A stretch of DNA of 60,537 nucleotides from a bacterium. GTDB lineage: Bacteria > Verrucomicrobiota > Verrucomicrobiia > Limisphaerales > JAJXZI01. A program made the position numbers and the translations under genes. Below the pieces are notes generated by a model. It was not told where the DNA came from. It ran no database searches and saw only the letters and a program-made list of their open reading frames with translations. The stretch lies in NCBI GenBank assembly GCA_021780115.1, contig JAJXZI010000022.1, forward strand, positions 1-60,537. Reading direction: 5' to 3'. Below are positions 39,502 to 50,138 of this stretch, in pieces (positions within the stretch are counted from its first letter, which is position 1; each line of letters begins with the position of its first letter).

Positions 39502-41478
39502 ATGGAAATTGAGATTCTGGGGCCGCAACCGTTCGAACGCGACGCGCAGGGCGCGCTGAAGTCACGCGTGGGGACCGTGTTTCTTCACGGCCGGGCGCTG
39601 GTCACGCTGCCCGGTATTCACGCATCGCAGCGGGCGGCGTATGTCGAGCACCTCAACCGCCAGCGCGCGACCGCCGGGTTGCCGGCGCTGACGCCCACCG
39701 AGGAGGCGCGCGCGTGGGACAATTCCGCGGACCTGTTTTTTGAAGCCGACACCATCCTGATCCGGCCGGACCCCGCGCACATGGACCTGGCCTTCGAGGC
39801 GGACCAACTGCTGCAGGAGTTGGTGTCCAAGCGGCGCATCAAGTTCATGTTCGTGGTCCACGAGGAGGTGCAGCGCGCCATCAAGGAGCGCGGCGAATGC
39901 TGGCGCATCAGTTCGCTCCCCCGCTCGCGCGACGGCATGCGGCGGCTGGTCGAGGAATCCAAAGTCGCAATTGGCCAGCGGCCCATCTATTACTACAACC
40001 GCGTCAGCGGCACGCGGCATCTGACGTTCGATGAATTTGCGCGCCTGGAACCGTTGGCCGCGCCGGACCTGGCCCGCCAGTTGCAGGAGGTCGCCGACCA
40101 CGCCCGCACACGCAACCGCCTGGGCAACCCGGAGGTGGATTTCTTTGCGGCCGATTCGCTAAGCTTCGGGGCGCGCGACTTCGCCGGGGTCCGGTTCACC
40201 GAACTGCCGGAGGTGGCGTTGCGGGCCCGCTATCACGAACTGAAGTCCCACTTTCAGGCGGCGGTCGATCCGCCGTTCCGCACCGACGACCCGCGCTCGG
40301 AGGCCTGGCGCAACCGCATGTTCAGCGCGCTGGTCAGCCAACGGGACGAGACGCTGGCGGAGGAGATCCTGCGCGGACTCAGCCCGGAGTTCTTTCTCCA
40401 AATCGAGTGGCTGCCGGGCGGGCGGTTCGAGGAGGGCGAGTTCATTTTTGACCCGATTTTCGAGGAGGCCGACCAACGGCCGAACGACACCGAGCTGCAG
40501 AACCTCTGCGACCGCAAGGCGCGCGACTTCATTTTCAACTTCATCCGCGAGTACGGCGACCTGGAGTACGTGAACGTCGGCCGGGTGGCGGAGTCGCTGT
40601 CGGTCCGCCCGGACGTCACCGGCCGCCGCGGCGTCTATCTGGCCGAGCTTAAGGTCCGCGCCACGCCCACGCCCATGGTGCGCTTCATTCGCATGCAGAA
40701 ATGGGGCATTCGCGAGCGCCTCAACGAGGGCAAAGGACTGCTCCCGGCGATGCTGGAGAGCGACGAATATACCGATTACGTGCTCGACCGGCGCCTGGGC
40801 TGCCGGCAACTGGGCATGAATGTGCCGCCGCGCGTCACGGTGCGACGGGTCGGCGAGGTTTACACCGGGGCGAACGCCGCGTTCCGCGGGCAATTGATCC
40901 GCTCGCCCTACATGGAACGGGACTACATCCCCGGCATCGCCACGGACAAGCTGCCTTCCTGGAAGTACGCCCGGGAGGGCTACGCGCTGCGCGTGGCCCA
41001 ACTACTCGGCAAGGCGGCCGCCGCGAACGTCATCGTCGGCCGCACCTGGGAAGACGGGGCCAAAGTGGTCTTCGATGACGGCGATGAAGTCGTCGTGGAG
41101 GGTGCCGACGGGCTGCCCCAAGAGATGATCGTCGGCGACCACAGCGGGGCTTTCGGCGAATACCAGCGGCCGTTGCTGGAGTATGCCAAGGATTACGCCA
41201 AACCGGTGAACTCACGTCTGACGCTCGTCCCCCGGCCGCGTGCGTTCGCCGAGGCGTATCTGGCGGCGTTTCTGGACCAGTTCCTCCGCGTCCAAGGCGA
41301 CTACCGGAAACGGCGGCGCGCCTTCGACTCGCTGTTCAAACACCGTCCCTACGATCGCGCCGGGAGCTTCGCGTTCCGCTGGGAGTGCGTGCTCCGGCGA
41401 CTGGACCAAACAGAGGCCGGGGCGCTGGCGGACGCGATCCGTAAACACATCACGGTGCTCAGTAGTGTGGCCGGTTGA
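39502..41478 (+). CDS. hypothetical protein, possibly with an atypical kinase-like C-terminal domain
   Basis: 658-aa ORF with host codon bias; motifs RQLGMNVP and IVGDHSGAF. Confidence 0.8.
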   Translation: MEIEILGPQPFERDAQGALKSRVGTVFLHGRALVTLPGIHASQRAAYVEHLNRQRATAGLPALTPTEEARAWDNSADLFFEADTILIRPDPAHMDLAFEADQLLQELVSKRRIKFMFVVHEEVQRAIKERGECWRISSLPRSRDGMRRLVEESKVAIGQRPIYYYNRVSGTRHLTFDEFARLEPLAAPDLARQLQEVADHARTRNRLGNPEVDFFAADSLSFGARDFAGVRFTELPEVALRARYHELKSHFQAAVDPPFRTDDPRSEAWRNRMFSALVSQRDETLAEEILRGLSPEFFLQIEWLPGGRFEEGEFIFDPIFEEADQRPNDTELQNLCDRKARDFIFNFIREYGDLEYVNVGRVAESLSVRPDVTGRRGVYLAELKVRATPTPMVRFIRMQKWGIRERLNEGKGLLPAMLESDEYTDYVLDRRLGCRQLGMNVPPRVTVRRVGEVYTGANAAFRGQLIRSPYMERDYIPGIATDKLPSWKYAREGYALRVAQLLGKAAAANVIVGRTWEDGAKVVFDDGDEVVVEGADGLPQEMIVGDHSGAFGEYQRPLLEYAKDYAKPVNSRLTLVPRPRAFAEAYLAAFLDQFLRVQGDYRKRRRAFDSLFKHRPYDRAGSFAFRWECVLRRLDQTEAGALADAIRKHITVLSSVAG

Positions 41479-41585
41479 AGGCAGAACGTTACCCGGGACA
41501 TTCCCCAAGCCGGGCACCGCGGGAAACCGGGGAACGCGTCCGCGCTTCGTTCCCCGGACGGCCGCTCCCGGCGCGGCGCCGCGGC

Positions 41586-42035
41586 TCAGGCGGCGACGAA
41601 CCGGTCGAGCAGCATGGTCTTGTCCAGCTTGGTCAGGTCCGCCGCGACGTTCTTCTCGATTTTGGCGCGCGCCGGCGCCTCGAGGCCGTCGAGGATTTGG
41701 TGGTTGATCTCCTTGCTCGCGGCGAAATAGCAGCCGTCCACGCCCGGGCCGCGGAGCAGGGTGTTCAACCGGTCGGCCAGCCGTCGCACCAGCCGTTTGC
41801 GCTGTTCGATCTCGATGTTGTGGCGCTCGCCCACCGCGGTGGCGTTGTTCGGACCGCCTCCTTTGCCAAACCGGCCCGCCAGGTCCGACACCTTGTCGGT
41901 CAGCTTCTCGTGGGCGTCGGCGATCTCGACGGCGTGCAGCAACTCCAGCCGCGGACTGCGGCCGAAATCGTGCGGATCGAGCTTGTACGCCTTGAAGGAA
42001 CCCAGGTCAGTGACCACTACGAGTTTGTTCTTCAT
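41586..42035 (-). CDS. host attachment protein family (baeRF-like)
   Basis: LVVVTDLG...E....LVRRLADRLN...FAAS...VAADLTKL. Confidence 0.8.
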   Translation of the reverse strand: MKNKLVVVTDLGSFKAYKLDPHDFGRSPRLELLHAVEIADAHEKLTDKVSDLAGRFGKGGGPNNATAVGERHNIEIEQRKRLVRRLADRLNTLLRGPGVDGCYFAASKEINHQILDGLEAPARAKIEKNVAADLTKLDKTMLLDRFVAA

Positions 42036-42142
42036 AATCTTCCAGCAACTTGGTTACGGCGTCTGGGCCAAGGTTCAGACGCATTTCCTTCGGCCTGATG
42101 GCATCGCAACTTAGCATATCCTTCCGCCGCGCGCAGCCGGAG

Positions 42143-43036
42143 TCAAAACCGCCGGCCGAGGATGAGTTTCACCAGCAGGTCGTCGGTGCTGCGGGTGAGG
42201 CCGAAGCCGACACCAAAGTTGAATTCCCATTTCGGTGAGAGGTTGAGGTCGAGGGTGGGGAAGATGGCGTTTTGCTGGTCATTCCAACCGGCGAACTGGG
42301 TGATTTCGCCGAGCGAGCTGTAGTATTCCACGCCGAGCGCCACCACTTTGGTCGCGTCGAAACTGACCTTGGCGCTGGGCGCGAACTGCCAGCCGCCGGC
42401 GGAGTTCAGCCCGTGGAGGGATTTCTCGAAGGCCGGGTTGACGGCGAGATACCAGCGCCCCAATTGCTTGTCGATGATGGGCCGCAGCTCCCAATCCCAG
42501 GTGTCCTCCGAATACGCGCGGCGCTGGTAACCAACCTCGGTGGAGAGGCTGACGCCGACCGGCCAGCGCCATTCGTCCGGGACGCGAACGCGGGGCCGGA
42601 TGTGGTCGCCGACCCATTGCCAGCCGTGGCCCGGCTGGACGCTGCTGAAGACGTAGAAGCCCGTCTCGAACCACGGCGTGATGCCTTCCGTGATTTCCAG
42701 CGTTTCGTGCAACGCGTGGTTCGACGGGAGCACGCCGTTGACCGTCTGGTTCTCTCCGTCGAGGGTGAAGTTGCTGTGCAGCTCGACCATGGTTTGCCCC
42801 GGAGGTACCGTGTCGGAGCCGTACACTTGGATCTCGTAATTGTCCTGGGCGCGGCCGGCGAGCGGAACCACGCAGGCGGCGACAACTGCGATCCAGTGGC
42901 GGGTGCTTCGCGCCGCAAGAAACCAGATGTGCAGCGGCGATCCGGATCGCCGGAGCCGGAAGGCTTGCCGGCTCAACGCCTCTCGGCGCAAGGGAATCCC
43001 GGTTCGCTGTTTACCGAACGCGTTGGCGGATGACAT
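42143..43036 (-). CDS. putative outer-membrane beta-barrel protein
   Basis: Mature part AQDNYEIQVY; amphipathic beta strands; terminal Phe (LILGRRF); start uncertain. Confidence 0.7.
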   Translation of the reverse strand: MSSANAFGKQRTGIPLRREALSRQAFRLRRSGSPLHIWFLAARSTRHWIAVVAACVVPLAGRAQDNYEIQVYGSDTVPPGQTMVELHSNFTLDGENQTVNGVLPSNHALHETLEITEGITPWFETGFYVFSSVQPGHGWQWVGDHIRPRVRVPDEWRWPVGVSLSTEVGYQRRAYSEDTWDWELRPIIDKQLGRWYLAVNPAFEKSLHGLNSAGGWQFAPSAKVSFDATKVVALGVEYYSSLGEITQFAGWNDQQNAIFPTLDLNLSPKWEFNFGVGFGLTRSTDDLLVKLILGRRF

Positions 43037-43292
43037 CGGCAGAATGTGTTCCGGGAGGGGGGCGCGATCAACCCTCGCAGCGTCTTGTGCCACCACGGGC
43101 CACGCTTTGAAGCCATCTCAGCCGGAGCGATGCAATAAAATGCGGGAGCACGACCGTCACGATCGCCCCCTCGGCGTCTCGCTGACGGGAGGGTAGAGCA
43201 TCGGCAGCGTCCGATCGGGTTTTCGCTGGTCGGGGGGGGCCGGAGGCCGAAAACGGCGGACGCGACGCCCGCGCCCCCGGCATCGTTCCGGC

Positions 43293-43823
43293 TCAGAACT
43301 GGTCTTCCTTCTCCTTGAAGAGCACGTTGAAGGTCGTGAGCGAGCCGTAGCAGCGGGTGATGTATTGCTGCATCTCGACTTTCTCGGCGTCGGTCAGCTT
43401 CTCGTGGGCGTTGATCTTCTGCTCGAGGACGCGCAATTGGTTCCGCACCATGACGATTTTGTGGAAGAAGACTTCCAGCGGCACTTCCTTGGTTTGCAGG
43501 GTCGGGTCCGCCGAATGGAGCACCAACCGGCCGCCGTGCCAGCGCGGGAGCAGGTGCTCGACCACGGTGTCGGGCTTTTCCACGCCCATCCGCCGGATCG
43601 TGGCTTCGACCGCGCGCTCAAGGAACTGGGCCAGCGGCACGGTCAAACCGCTGACGGCCACCTGCGGCTCGGCCGGCTCCAGGCTGGCGGATTGCGGCTC
43701 GACCGTGCGCTGACCGTCCTCGAAACGGATCTCGGCGGTGTGCTCGCCGATCGTCTTGACCGCGCCCACGCCATACTGCGGGTGGCGCACCTTCAGGCCG
43801 ACGTGCAGTTCCTCGATTTTCAT
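43293..43823 (-). CDS. hypothetical protein with N-terminal Tudor/SH3-like beta module
   Basis: [15 protein letters not shown]; [36 protein letters not shown]. Confidence 0.85.
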   Translation of the reverse strand: MKIEELHVGLKVRHPQYGVGAVKTIGEHTAEIRFEDGQRTVEPQSASLEPAEPQVAVSGLTVPLAQFLERAVEATIRRMGVEKPDTVVEHLLPRWHGGRLVLHSADPTLQTKEVPLEVFFHKIVMVRNQLRVLEQKINAHEKLTDAEKVEMQQYITRCYGSLTTFNVLFKEKEDQF

Positions 43824-43900
43824 GCGGCGGTTTACTCCGGCCGGCATTCCCATGCAAGGCGCGACTGCGGCCGGCCTTGAATGGCCAACCACAAATGGAC

Positions 43901-44060
43901 TTACAGCTTGGGCGGCGATGGTTTTTTGCGCCCCACTTCGCCCGTCCGCAACGCGCGGATGATCTTCTCCAGTATGCGATCAAACAAGGCGTGGTCTTTC
44001 TCCCAGCCGACGAAGTTGGCGGCCACACGGCTCGTGATTTCCGCGTTCGCTTCTTCGGGC
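43901..44060 (-). pseudogene. C-terminal remnant resembling tails of TIR-domain proteins
   Basis: [32 protein letters not shown]; recognised from memory; upstream part is not protein-like. Confidence 0.4.
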
Positions 44061-44614
44061 GTGTTGCGGTGGCTTTTTATTGAGCGGGATAGAGGTCCAA
44101 TCCACCCCAATGGAAGAAGATGTCCGATTTGAAACGCTCTTTGGTCCGATAGCCAAAGGCCTTTTTGATCAGCCCTTGGATTTCGCTGCCGTCCCACGCG
44201 GACGAGGATTTTGAGGGGGCGGTGGATTATCCGAAGGAAGCGGCGATCCGGTGGCAAAATGAGTTTAAGGATTTTCGTGGGGGTGGGGCAAGATGACGAT
44301 CGGGTGTCCCGCCGACAGCGATAGGGGTCGGCCACACTTTGGCCTCTTGCGCTTCCGCCTCCCGGACCAACGGGTGCCGCAAGTCGTCGCGTTGCCCGTT
44401 CTGCAACGGCCGCACATAAAATCGGTCGAACCCCATCCGGCGCCGGGCTCAGGTCCATCGCCTCAGCGGTTTCGCTTCCGCCGCCCGCAAGCCAGGCCTG
44501 GCGGCGTGGCCTCGGCACGCATCCTCATTGACGGCGGCTGCCTGTCGTCACCTTTTGAGACGCGCTTTAAGAAAAGTCGTGCCATCGCCGGCGGCTGGCT
44601 TAGCCTGCGCAACC

Positions 44615-45922
44615 GTGCGCCGCACGAGCAAAGCACCCTCGATCCGCGAACCACGAACCGCGAACCGCGGACTGGACCGCGACGGCCAGCGCGTTCAGAG
44701 TCCGGGGTTCCGGGTTCTGGGTTCCGATGCCTCCGCGAAGCAAATCACCGCGCTCGTCGTGCGGCTGCTCGATTGGTTCGCGCGCCACGCCCGCGACCTG
44801 CCGTGGCGCCGGACGCGGGATCCTTACGCCATCTGGGTCTCCGAAATCATGCTCCAACAGACGCAGGTCAAGACGGTAGTGCCTTACTGGGAACGTTGGA
44901 TGCGCGCGTTGCCGACGCTCCGCGCCCTCGCCCAAGCCACACCCGCAACCGTCCACAAGCTCTGGGAAGGACTCGGCTACTACGTCCGCGTGCGCAACCT
45001 GCACCGGGCCGCGCAGCAGATCCTCGCCCGGAACGGGGGACAGTTTCCCCAGAACTACGAAGAGGTCCTCGCCCTGCCGGGCATCGGCCGCTACACCGCC
45101 GGCGCGATTTGCAGCATCGCCTTCAACCAGCCGACGCCGGTGCTCGACGGCAACGTGGTCCGCGTCCTCGCACGCCTGTTCGGCATCGAAGGCGACCCCC
45201 GTGGGCGGAAGGCCAACGCCCGGCTCTGGCATTTGGCCGCGCAGTTCGTCTGGTGCGCCGCGCAACTGGAAGCCGACACCCCGCGCCCAACGCCCCGCGC
45301 GACGCCTCCCCTTTCCGACGCGACCCATCACTCCGCTGCCTGCTCGCATCTCAACCAGTCGTTGATGGAGCTCGGTGCCGTGGTCTGCACGCCGCACAAG
45401 CCCCAATGTGCCGCCTGCCCGCTGGCCGGGGATTGCGTCGCCCTTCACAACGGCCGCGTTGAGGAATTGCCCGCGCCCCAACCGCGCCGGGCCGCCATCG
45501 CGCGGCGCTATGCGGCGTTCATCGTGGAGCGGGGCGGGCGCTTCCTGGTGCGCCAGCGCCCGGCCGGAGTGGTTAATGCCCACCTGTGGGAATTCCCCAA
45601 CGCCGAGGCCGGAAAGGGAGGCAATGACCTCGCCACGCTGGCGGAAAGGACCTTGGGAACGAAGCCGACCGGGCTCCGTGAGTTGTGCAGCATCCGGCAT
45701 TCAATCACCCGGCACCGCATCAAGCTGGACGTCTATGTCGCCCTTGTGGAAATGAATCTCCGCCGGCGGTTGGTGTCCGGCCGGTGGATGACGCTCGCGG
45801 AGGCGGAGCGGCTCGCGTTCACCAGCGCCCACGGCAAGATTCGGCAGCGCCTGATGGCCCAAGCCGGCGCGGCCCGAACGCGCTCGCGGCGTCGCGGTCT
45901 GGCGCGTACCCTGGACGCATGA
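44615..45922 (+). CDS. mutY: A/G-specific adenine glycosylase
   Basis: RDLPWR, VSEIMLQQT, WEGLGYY, LPGIGRYTAGAI, DGNV, Cx6Cx2Cx5C Fe-S motif; start uncertain (44528, 44579 or 44615). Confidence 0.96.
   Translation: MRRTSKAPSIREPRTANRGLDRDGQRVQSPGFRVLGSDASAKQITALVVRLLDWFARHARDLPWRRTRDPYAIWVSEIMLQQTQVKTVVPYWERWMRALPTLRALAQATPATVHKLWEGLGYYVRVRNLHRAAQQILARNGGQFPQNYEEVLALPGIGRYTAGAICSIAFNQPTPVLDGNVVRVLARLFGIEGDPRGRKANARLWHLAAQFVWCAAQLEADTPRPTPRATPPLSDATHHSAACSHLNQSLMELGAVVCTPHKPQCAACPLAGDCVALHNGRVEELPAPQPRRAAIARRYAAFIVERGGRFLVRQRPAGVVNAHLWEFPNAEAGKGGNDLATLAERTLGTKPTGLRELCSIRHSITRHRIKLDVYVALVEMNLRRRLVSGRWMTLAEAERLAFTSAHGKIRQRLMAQAGAARTRSRRRGLARTLDA
44644..44727. repeat. inverted pair of heptamer arrays at the mutY 5' end
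   Basis: CCGCGAA-like x4 (44644-44671) and GTTCCGG-like x5 (44693-44727). Confidence 0.8.
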
Positions 45923-47997
45923 GACTCGGCCCGCTGTCTTTGGTCGTCTGCATCATCGCACTGTTCCGCGCTTCGTCGGTGACCGCCGCCCGGGCGCCCC
46001 GGCCGAACATCCTGTTCATCCTCACCGACGACCTCGGTTACGGCGACGTGGGGGTGTTCTTCCAAAATCTGCGCCGGAAGCAGGATCCGTCCGCGCCGAG
46101 CCATTTCACGCCGAAGATCGACACGCTGGCCGCGGAGGGCCTGCAATTGCCGCAGTACTACTGCCCCGCCCCGGTCTGCGCGCCGTCGCGGGCGTCGCTG
46201 CTGCTCGGCATGCATCAAGGCCACGCGAACGTGCGCGACAACCAGTTCGACAAGGCGCTCGAGCGCAACCACACGCTCGCCACAGTGCTCCAGGGGGCCG
46301 GCTACGCCACGGCCGCCATCGGCAAATGGGGCTTGCAGGGCCAGCCCACGACGGCTCCGCCGGACTGGCCCGCGCATCCGTTGAACCGCGGCTTCGATTA
46401 CTACTACGGCTACATCCGCCACGTGGACGGCCACGAACATTACCCCAAGGAGGGCCTTTACCGGCAGCCCAAGCAGGTGTGGGAAAACCGGACGGAAGTC
46501 TCGGCGGGCCTCGCCCAATGTTACACCGCCGACCTGTGGACGGCCCGCGCCAAGCAGTGGATCGCCGACCATCAGCGCACCAATGCCGCCCAGCCGTTCT
46601 TTCTCTACCTCGCCTACGACACGCCCCACGCGGTGCTCGAACTGCCGACGCAAGCCTATCCGCCGGGCGGCGGCCTGCACGGCGGCCTGCAATGGCTCGG
46701 CCAGCCGGGCTACATGATTAACACCGCCCGCGGCACGCCCGATTCCTGGTGCCATCCCGATTACGCGAACGCGACTTGGGACGACGACCGCGACCCCGCC
46801 ACCCCGCGCGTTCCCTGGCCCGACGTTTACAGACGTTACGCCACCGACGTGCGCCGGATTGATGACTGCGTGGGCGACCTGATCCAACTGCTGAAGGACC
46901 TGCGGATCGACCGGAACACGCTCATCGTCTTTACCAGCGACAACGGCCCGAGTCGCGAGTCCTATCTCAGGGAAAACTACGAGCCGACGTTTTTCCACAG
47001 TTTCGGCCCGTTCGACGGCATCAAGCGCGACTGCTGGGAAGGCGGCATCCGGGTGGGCGCCCTCGCGCGCTGGCCGGGCCACGTGCGGGCCAACCGCGTG
47101 AGCGACCTGCCCTGCGCCGCCTGGGACTGGATGCCGACCTTCGCCGAACTGGCGGGCGTGCCCGCGCCGGCGCGCACCGACGGCCAGTCGCTCGTTCCCA
47201 CGCTCACGGGGAAAGGCACGCAGAGGGCGCCGACGGTTTACATCGAATACTTCGAGGGCAGCAAGACGCCGAACTACGGGGACTTCGCGCCGGCTCGTCG
47301 TGGGCGGCTGCGCAAGCAGATGCAGGCCATTCGCGTCGGCGACTTCATCGGCGTGCGTTACAACATCACAAATCACGCGGATGCTTTTGAGATCTACAAC
47401 ATCCTGACCGACCCGGGGCAGACCAATAACGTGGCCGCCAGTCACCCGGATCTCCAGCGGCTGATGCACGACCGCGTCCTCCAAGTGCGCCGGCCGGGCG
47501 GTGGCGTGACGCGGCCTTACGACCGCGAACTGGTCCCGGCGGTGCCGCCGCGCGCGGTGAGCAGCAACCACCTCAACGTCGCGGCGTTTCGGGGCGTCTG
47601 GCCGTGGCTGCCGGACTTCGAGTCGCTTTCTCCCGTGAAGACGGGTCGGACCACTGGCCTCGACCTTGCCGTGCAGCCGAGCGGGAGGAATTTCGGCCTC
47701 CGGTTCACCGGCTACTTCGTCGCGCCGACGGACGGCGATTACACCTTCCACCTCACGGCCGATGCCGGCGCGCAACTGCGCCTGCATGACGCGCTCGTGA
47801 TTGACGACGATTTCAACCACGACGGTTCCGAGGTCACCGCCTCGATTCGTCTGCAGGCGGGACTGCATCCGTTCCGACTTTTCTACCGGCACAACCGCGG
47901 ACCGGCGTTGCTGCGTCTCGAATACTCCGGGCCGGGCATTCCCAGACAAGCCGTGACGTCGGCGGCGTTCTGCTGTGATGCGGCGGTTACGAACTAA
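45919..47997 (+). CDS. secreted sulfatase with C-terminal PA14 domain
   Basis: PNILFILTDDLGYGD, CAPSR, GKW, SDNG, EGGIRV; FTGYFVAPTDGDYTF PA14 pattern. Confidence 0.93.
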   Translation: MRLGPLSLVVCIIALFRASSVTAARAPRPNILFILTDDLGYGDVGVFFQNLRRKQDPSAPSHFTPKIDTLAAEGLQLPQYYCPAPVCAPSRASLLLGMHQGHANVRDNQFDKALERNHTLATVLQGAGYATAAIGKWGLQGQPTTAPPDWPAHPLNRGFDYYYGYIRHVDGHEHYPKEGLYRQPKQVWENRTEVSAGLAQCYTADLWTARAKQWIADHQRTNAAQPFFLYLAYDTPHAVLELPTQAYPPGGGLHGGLQWLGQPGYMINTARGTPDSWCHPDYANATWDDDRDPATPRVPWPDVYRRYATDVRRIDDCVGDLIQLLKDLRIDRNTLIVFTSDNGPSRESYLRENYEPTFFHSFGPFDGIKRDCWEGGIRVGALARWPGHVRANRVSDLPCAAWDWMPTFAELAGVPAPARTDGQSLVPTLTGKGTQRAPTVYIEYFEGSKTPNYGDFAPARRGRLRKQMQAIRVGDFIGVRYNITNHADAFEIYNILTDPGQTNNVAASHPDLQRLMHDRVLQVRRPGGGVTRPYDRELVPAVPPRAVSSNHLNVAAFRGVWPWLPDFESLSPVKTGRTTGLDLAVQPSGRNFGLRFTGYFVAPTDGDYTFHLTADAGAQLRLHDALVIDDDFNHDGSEVTASIRLQAGLHPFRLFYRHNRGPALLRLEYSGPGIPRQAVTSAAFCCDAAVTN

Positions 47998-48008
47998 ACT
48001 GCGGACCA

Positions 48009-48341
48009 ATGAAGACCCCAACTGGATGCGCTGTGGCGCTCGTGACGGCGCCGGACCTGAAGACCGCCCGCGCCCTCGCCCGCTCGGCGCTGGCGGCCCG
48101 GCTGGCGGCCTGCGTCAACCTCGTTCCCGGACTCGAATCGCACTATTGTTGGCAAGGAAAGCGGGAGCGCAGCCGGGAAGTGCTGCTGGTGTTCAAGACC
48201 ACCGCGTCGCGTCTGCACAAGCTGGAAGCGTGCGTCCGGGCGGGGCATCCCTACGACACGCCGGAGTTCGTCGTGCTACCCATCGCGGGCGGCAGCCGGC
48301 GGTATTTGGACTGGCTGACGGCCAGTGTCGCGCCGTCGTGA
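48009..48341 (+). CDS. cutA: divalent-cation tolerance protein CutA
   Basis: LAACVN, SHYCWQG, HPYDTPE. Confidence 0.95.
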   Translation: MKTPTGCAVALVTAPDLKTARALARSALAARLAACVNLVPGLESHYCWQGKRERSREVLLVFKTTASRLHKLEACVRAGHPYDTPEFVVLPIAGGSRRYLDWLTASVAPS

Positions 48342-48489
48342 GGAAAAGGCCGTCTGGTCGAAGGGCGCAACTCCGGCCCGTTGCGCCGCGCTCCGTCTTG
48401 CGGTTGCGAAGGTCAGGCCAACGCCGCCGGCCCGTGAGCGGGCAAGGCCCGATCGGGAGTTTCCCCGCGCGGAACGCCGCCGGAACTTG

Positions 48490-49896
48490 TCAGTTGGCGG
48501 CGGCCGAGTCCATCACCTGGAACCCCGCACCCGTCGCGCGCTCCATGCGGGCCACCGCGACCACGTAATCCCGAAGCGCCTGCGCCTGGATGGAGCGCGC
48601 CTCGGTGAGCGAAGTCTGGGCGTTGAGCACGTCAAGCTGCGTGGCGGTGCCGGCTTCGGCCCGGGCCGTGGCCAGCCGCAGCGCCTCTTCCGCTTCTTCC
48701 TGCACCTTCTGCTGTGCCTCCAGCACCTGCCTGGCTTCCACCAACTGGGAGTAGCGGCTGCGGACCTCCAGTTCGATGCGCCGGGTCGTGTCTTCGAGGT
48801 CGTACCGCGCCTTGCCGCGCAGCGCGTTGGCTTCCTCCACTTTGCCCTTGGTGAGCAGGCCGTCGAAAATGTCCCAGCTCATCTGGGCGCCGGCGAGCCA
48901 ACCGTGGCGCTGATCCGTCAGGTCGGTGGAGAACTGGAAGTTGTGGGCCTCGTATCCGCCAAAGAGCTGGACACGCGGCTTGTAACCCGCCTTGGCGTTG
49001 ATGACGGCTTCCCCGCGCAGGGCCTCCTCCTTCCGCAGCGCACCCAGCTCGGGGCGCTTCTTCAACGCCTGCTCGATCGCCGCCGGCAGGTCCACCGCCA
49101 ACGGCGTCGCAGCCAGCTTGTCACTGAGCCGCAGCGGGATGTCTTCCCACACCTCCCGGGGCAGATTGTAGCCCAGCAGGTTGGCGAGATTGTTCTTCGC
49201 GATGCGGGAATCATTCTGGGCGCGGATGAGGCGCGGCCGGGCGTTGGCCAATTCGACTTCGGCGCGCAGCACGTTGAAACGGGGCACGGTGCCGGCGTCG
49301 AACCGGCGCCGGGTGTCGTCAAGTTCCTTGGCCAGCAGGTTCACGGAAGCCTGCTGCACCTCAATCTGCCGGGCGGCCAGGAGAATGTCGGCGTAGGCCA
49401 CGCGGACATCGGTGAGCGTGTCGGCGAGGGTGGCCTCGTAGCGAAGCACGGCCTGTTCGTTCAACAACCGCGCGGTGCGCAGGGCCGAGGTCAGCTTGCC
49501 ACCTTCATAAATCGACTGGACGAGCTGGACGTTTGCCGACCAGGTCTGGTCGGCATAGACGAGCGAAAAGGGCGGCTGTCCGGGGAAGCTCAGGTTGGCC
49601 AGTGGGATCACGTCGAGCGAGTTGGGATCCACGGCCTGATAGGAGCTGGCGGCCTGGACTTTCGGGACGACGAGGGCGCGCGTCTGAATCGCCACGCCGG
49701 CCGTGGCGGCGAGATCCTTCTTGGCTTTGAGGATGGTGGCGTTGTGCTGCTCCGCCAGGTTGAGCGCCTCCGCCAGCGGAAGCGGCCGCGTCAGCCAATC
49801 CGGGAGCGGGCCGGGCGCGTTGGCGTCGGCGTCGGCCAGTCCGCGAGCGCTGGTGAAGGCCAGCAGTGTCAGCATTACCAAGCACTTGGTTTTCAT
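48490..49896 (-). CDS. TolC family outer membrane efflux protein
   Basis: Signal peptide; two OEP repeats; AGTATQLDVLNAQ. Confidence 0.92.
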   Translation of the reverse strand: MKTKCLVMLTLLAFTSARGLADADANAPGPLPDWLTRPLPLAEALNLAEQHNATILKAKKDLAATAGVAIQTRALVVPKVQAASSYQAVDPNSLDVIPLANLSFPGQPPFSLVYADQTWSANVQLVQSIYEGGKLTSALRTARLLNEQAVLRYEATLADTLTDVRVAYADILLAARQIEVQQASVNLLAKELDDTRRRFDAGTVPRFNVLRAEVELANARPRLIRAQNDSRIAKNNLANLLGYNLPREVWEDIPLRLSDKLAATPLAVDLPAAIEQALKKRPELGALRKEEALRGEAVINAKAGYKPRVQLFGGYEAHNFQFSTDLTDQRHGWLAGAQMSWDIFDGLLTKGKVEEANALRGKARYDLEDTTRRIELEVRSRYSQLVEARQVLEAQQKVQEEAEEALRLATARAEAGTATQLDVLNAQTSLTEARSIQAQALRDYVVAVARMERATGAGFQVMDSAAAN

Positions 49897-50138
49897 GGGG
49901 CAGTTGTCTGAACCAAACCACTTTTGGCGTTTCGCTTTCCGTCGGGCGCTCCGGGAGAGCACGACCGGCGAAAAGCGGTTTCGATGGTTGACGATCTGTG
50001 GGCCGGGCGCACGCTTGAATTTGACCTCCACGGAGTGGTTTGGAAACGGCGCTGGCCCGCTTTCCAAACGAACCGCCAAGCCGGTTCCCCCGGAATTGTA
50101 ATTCACGCCGCGGGCCGGGCAAGCCGCCGTCGTGCCGC

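Noticed and set aside
44225-44370. Diversity-generating retroelement template repeat
   Set aside because: Not AAC-rich, no matching variable repeat and no reverse transcriptase in the window
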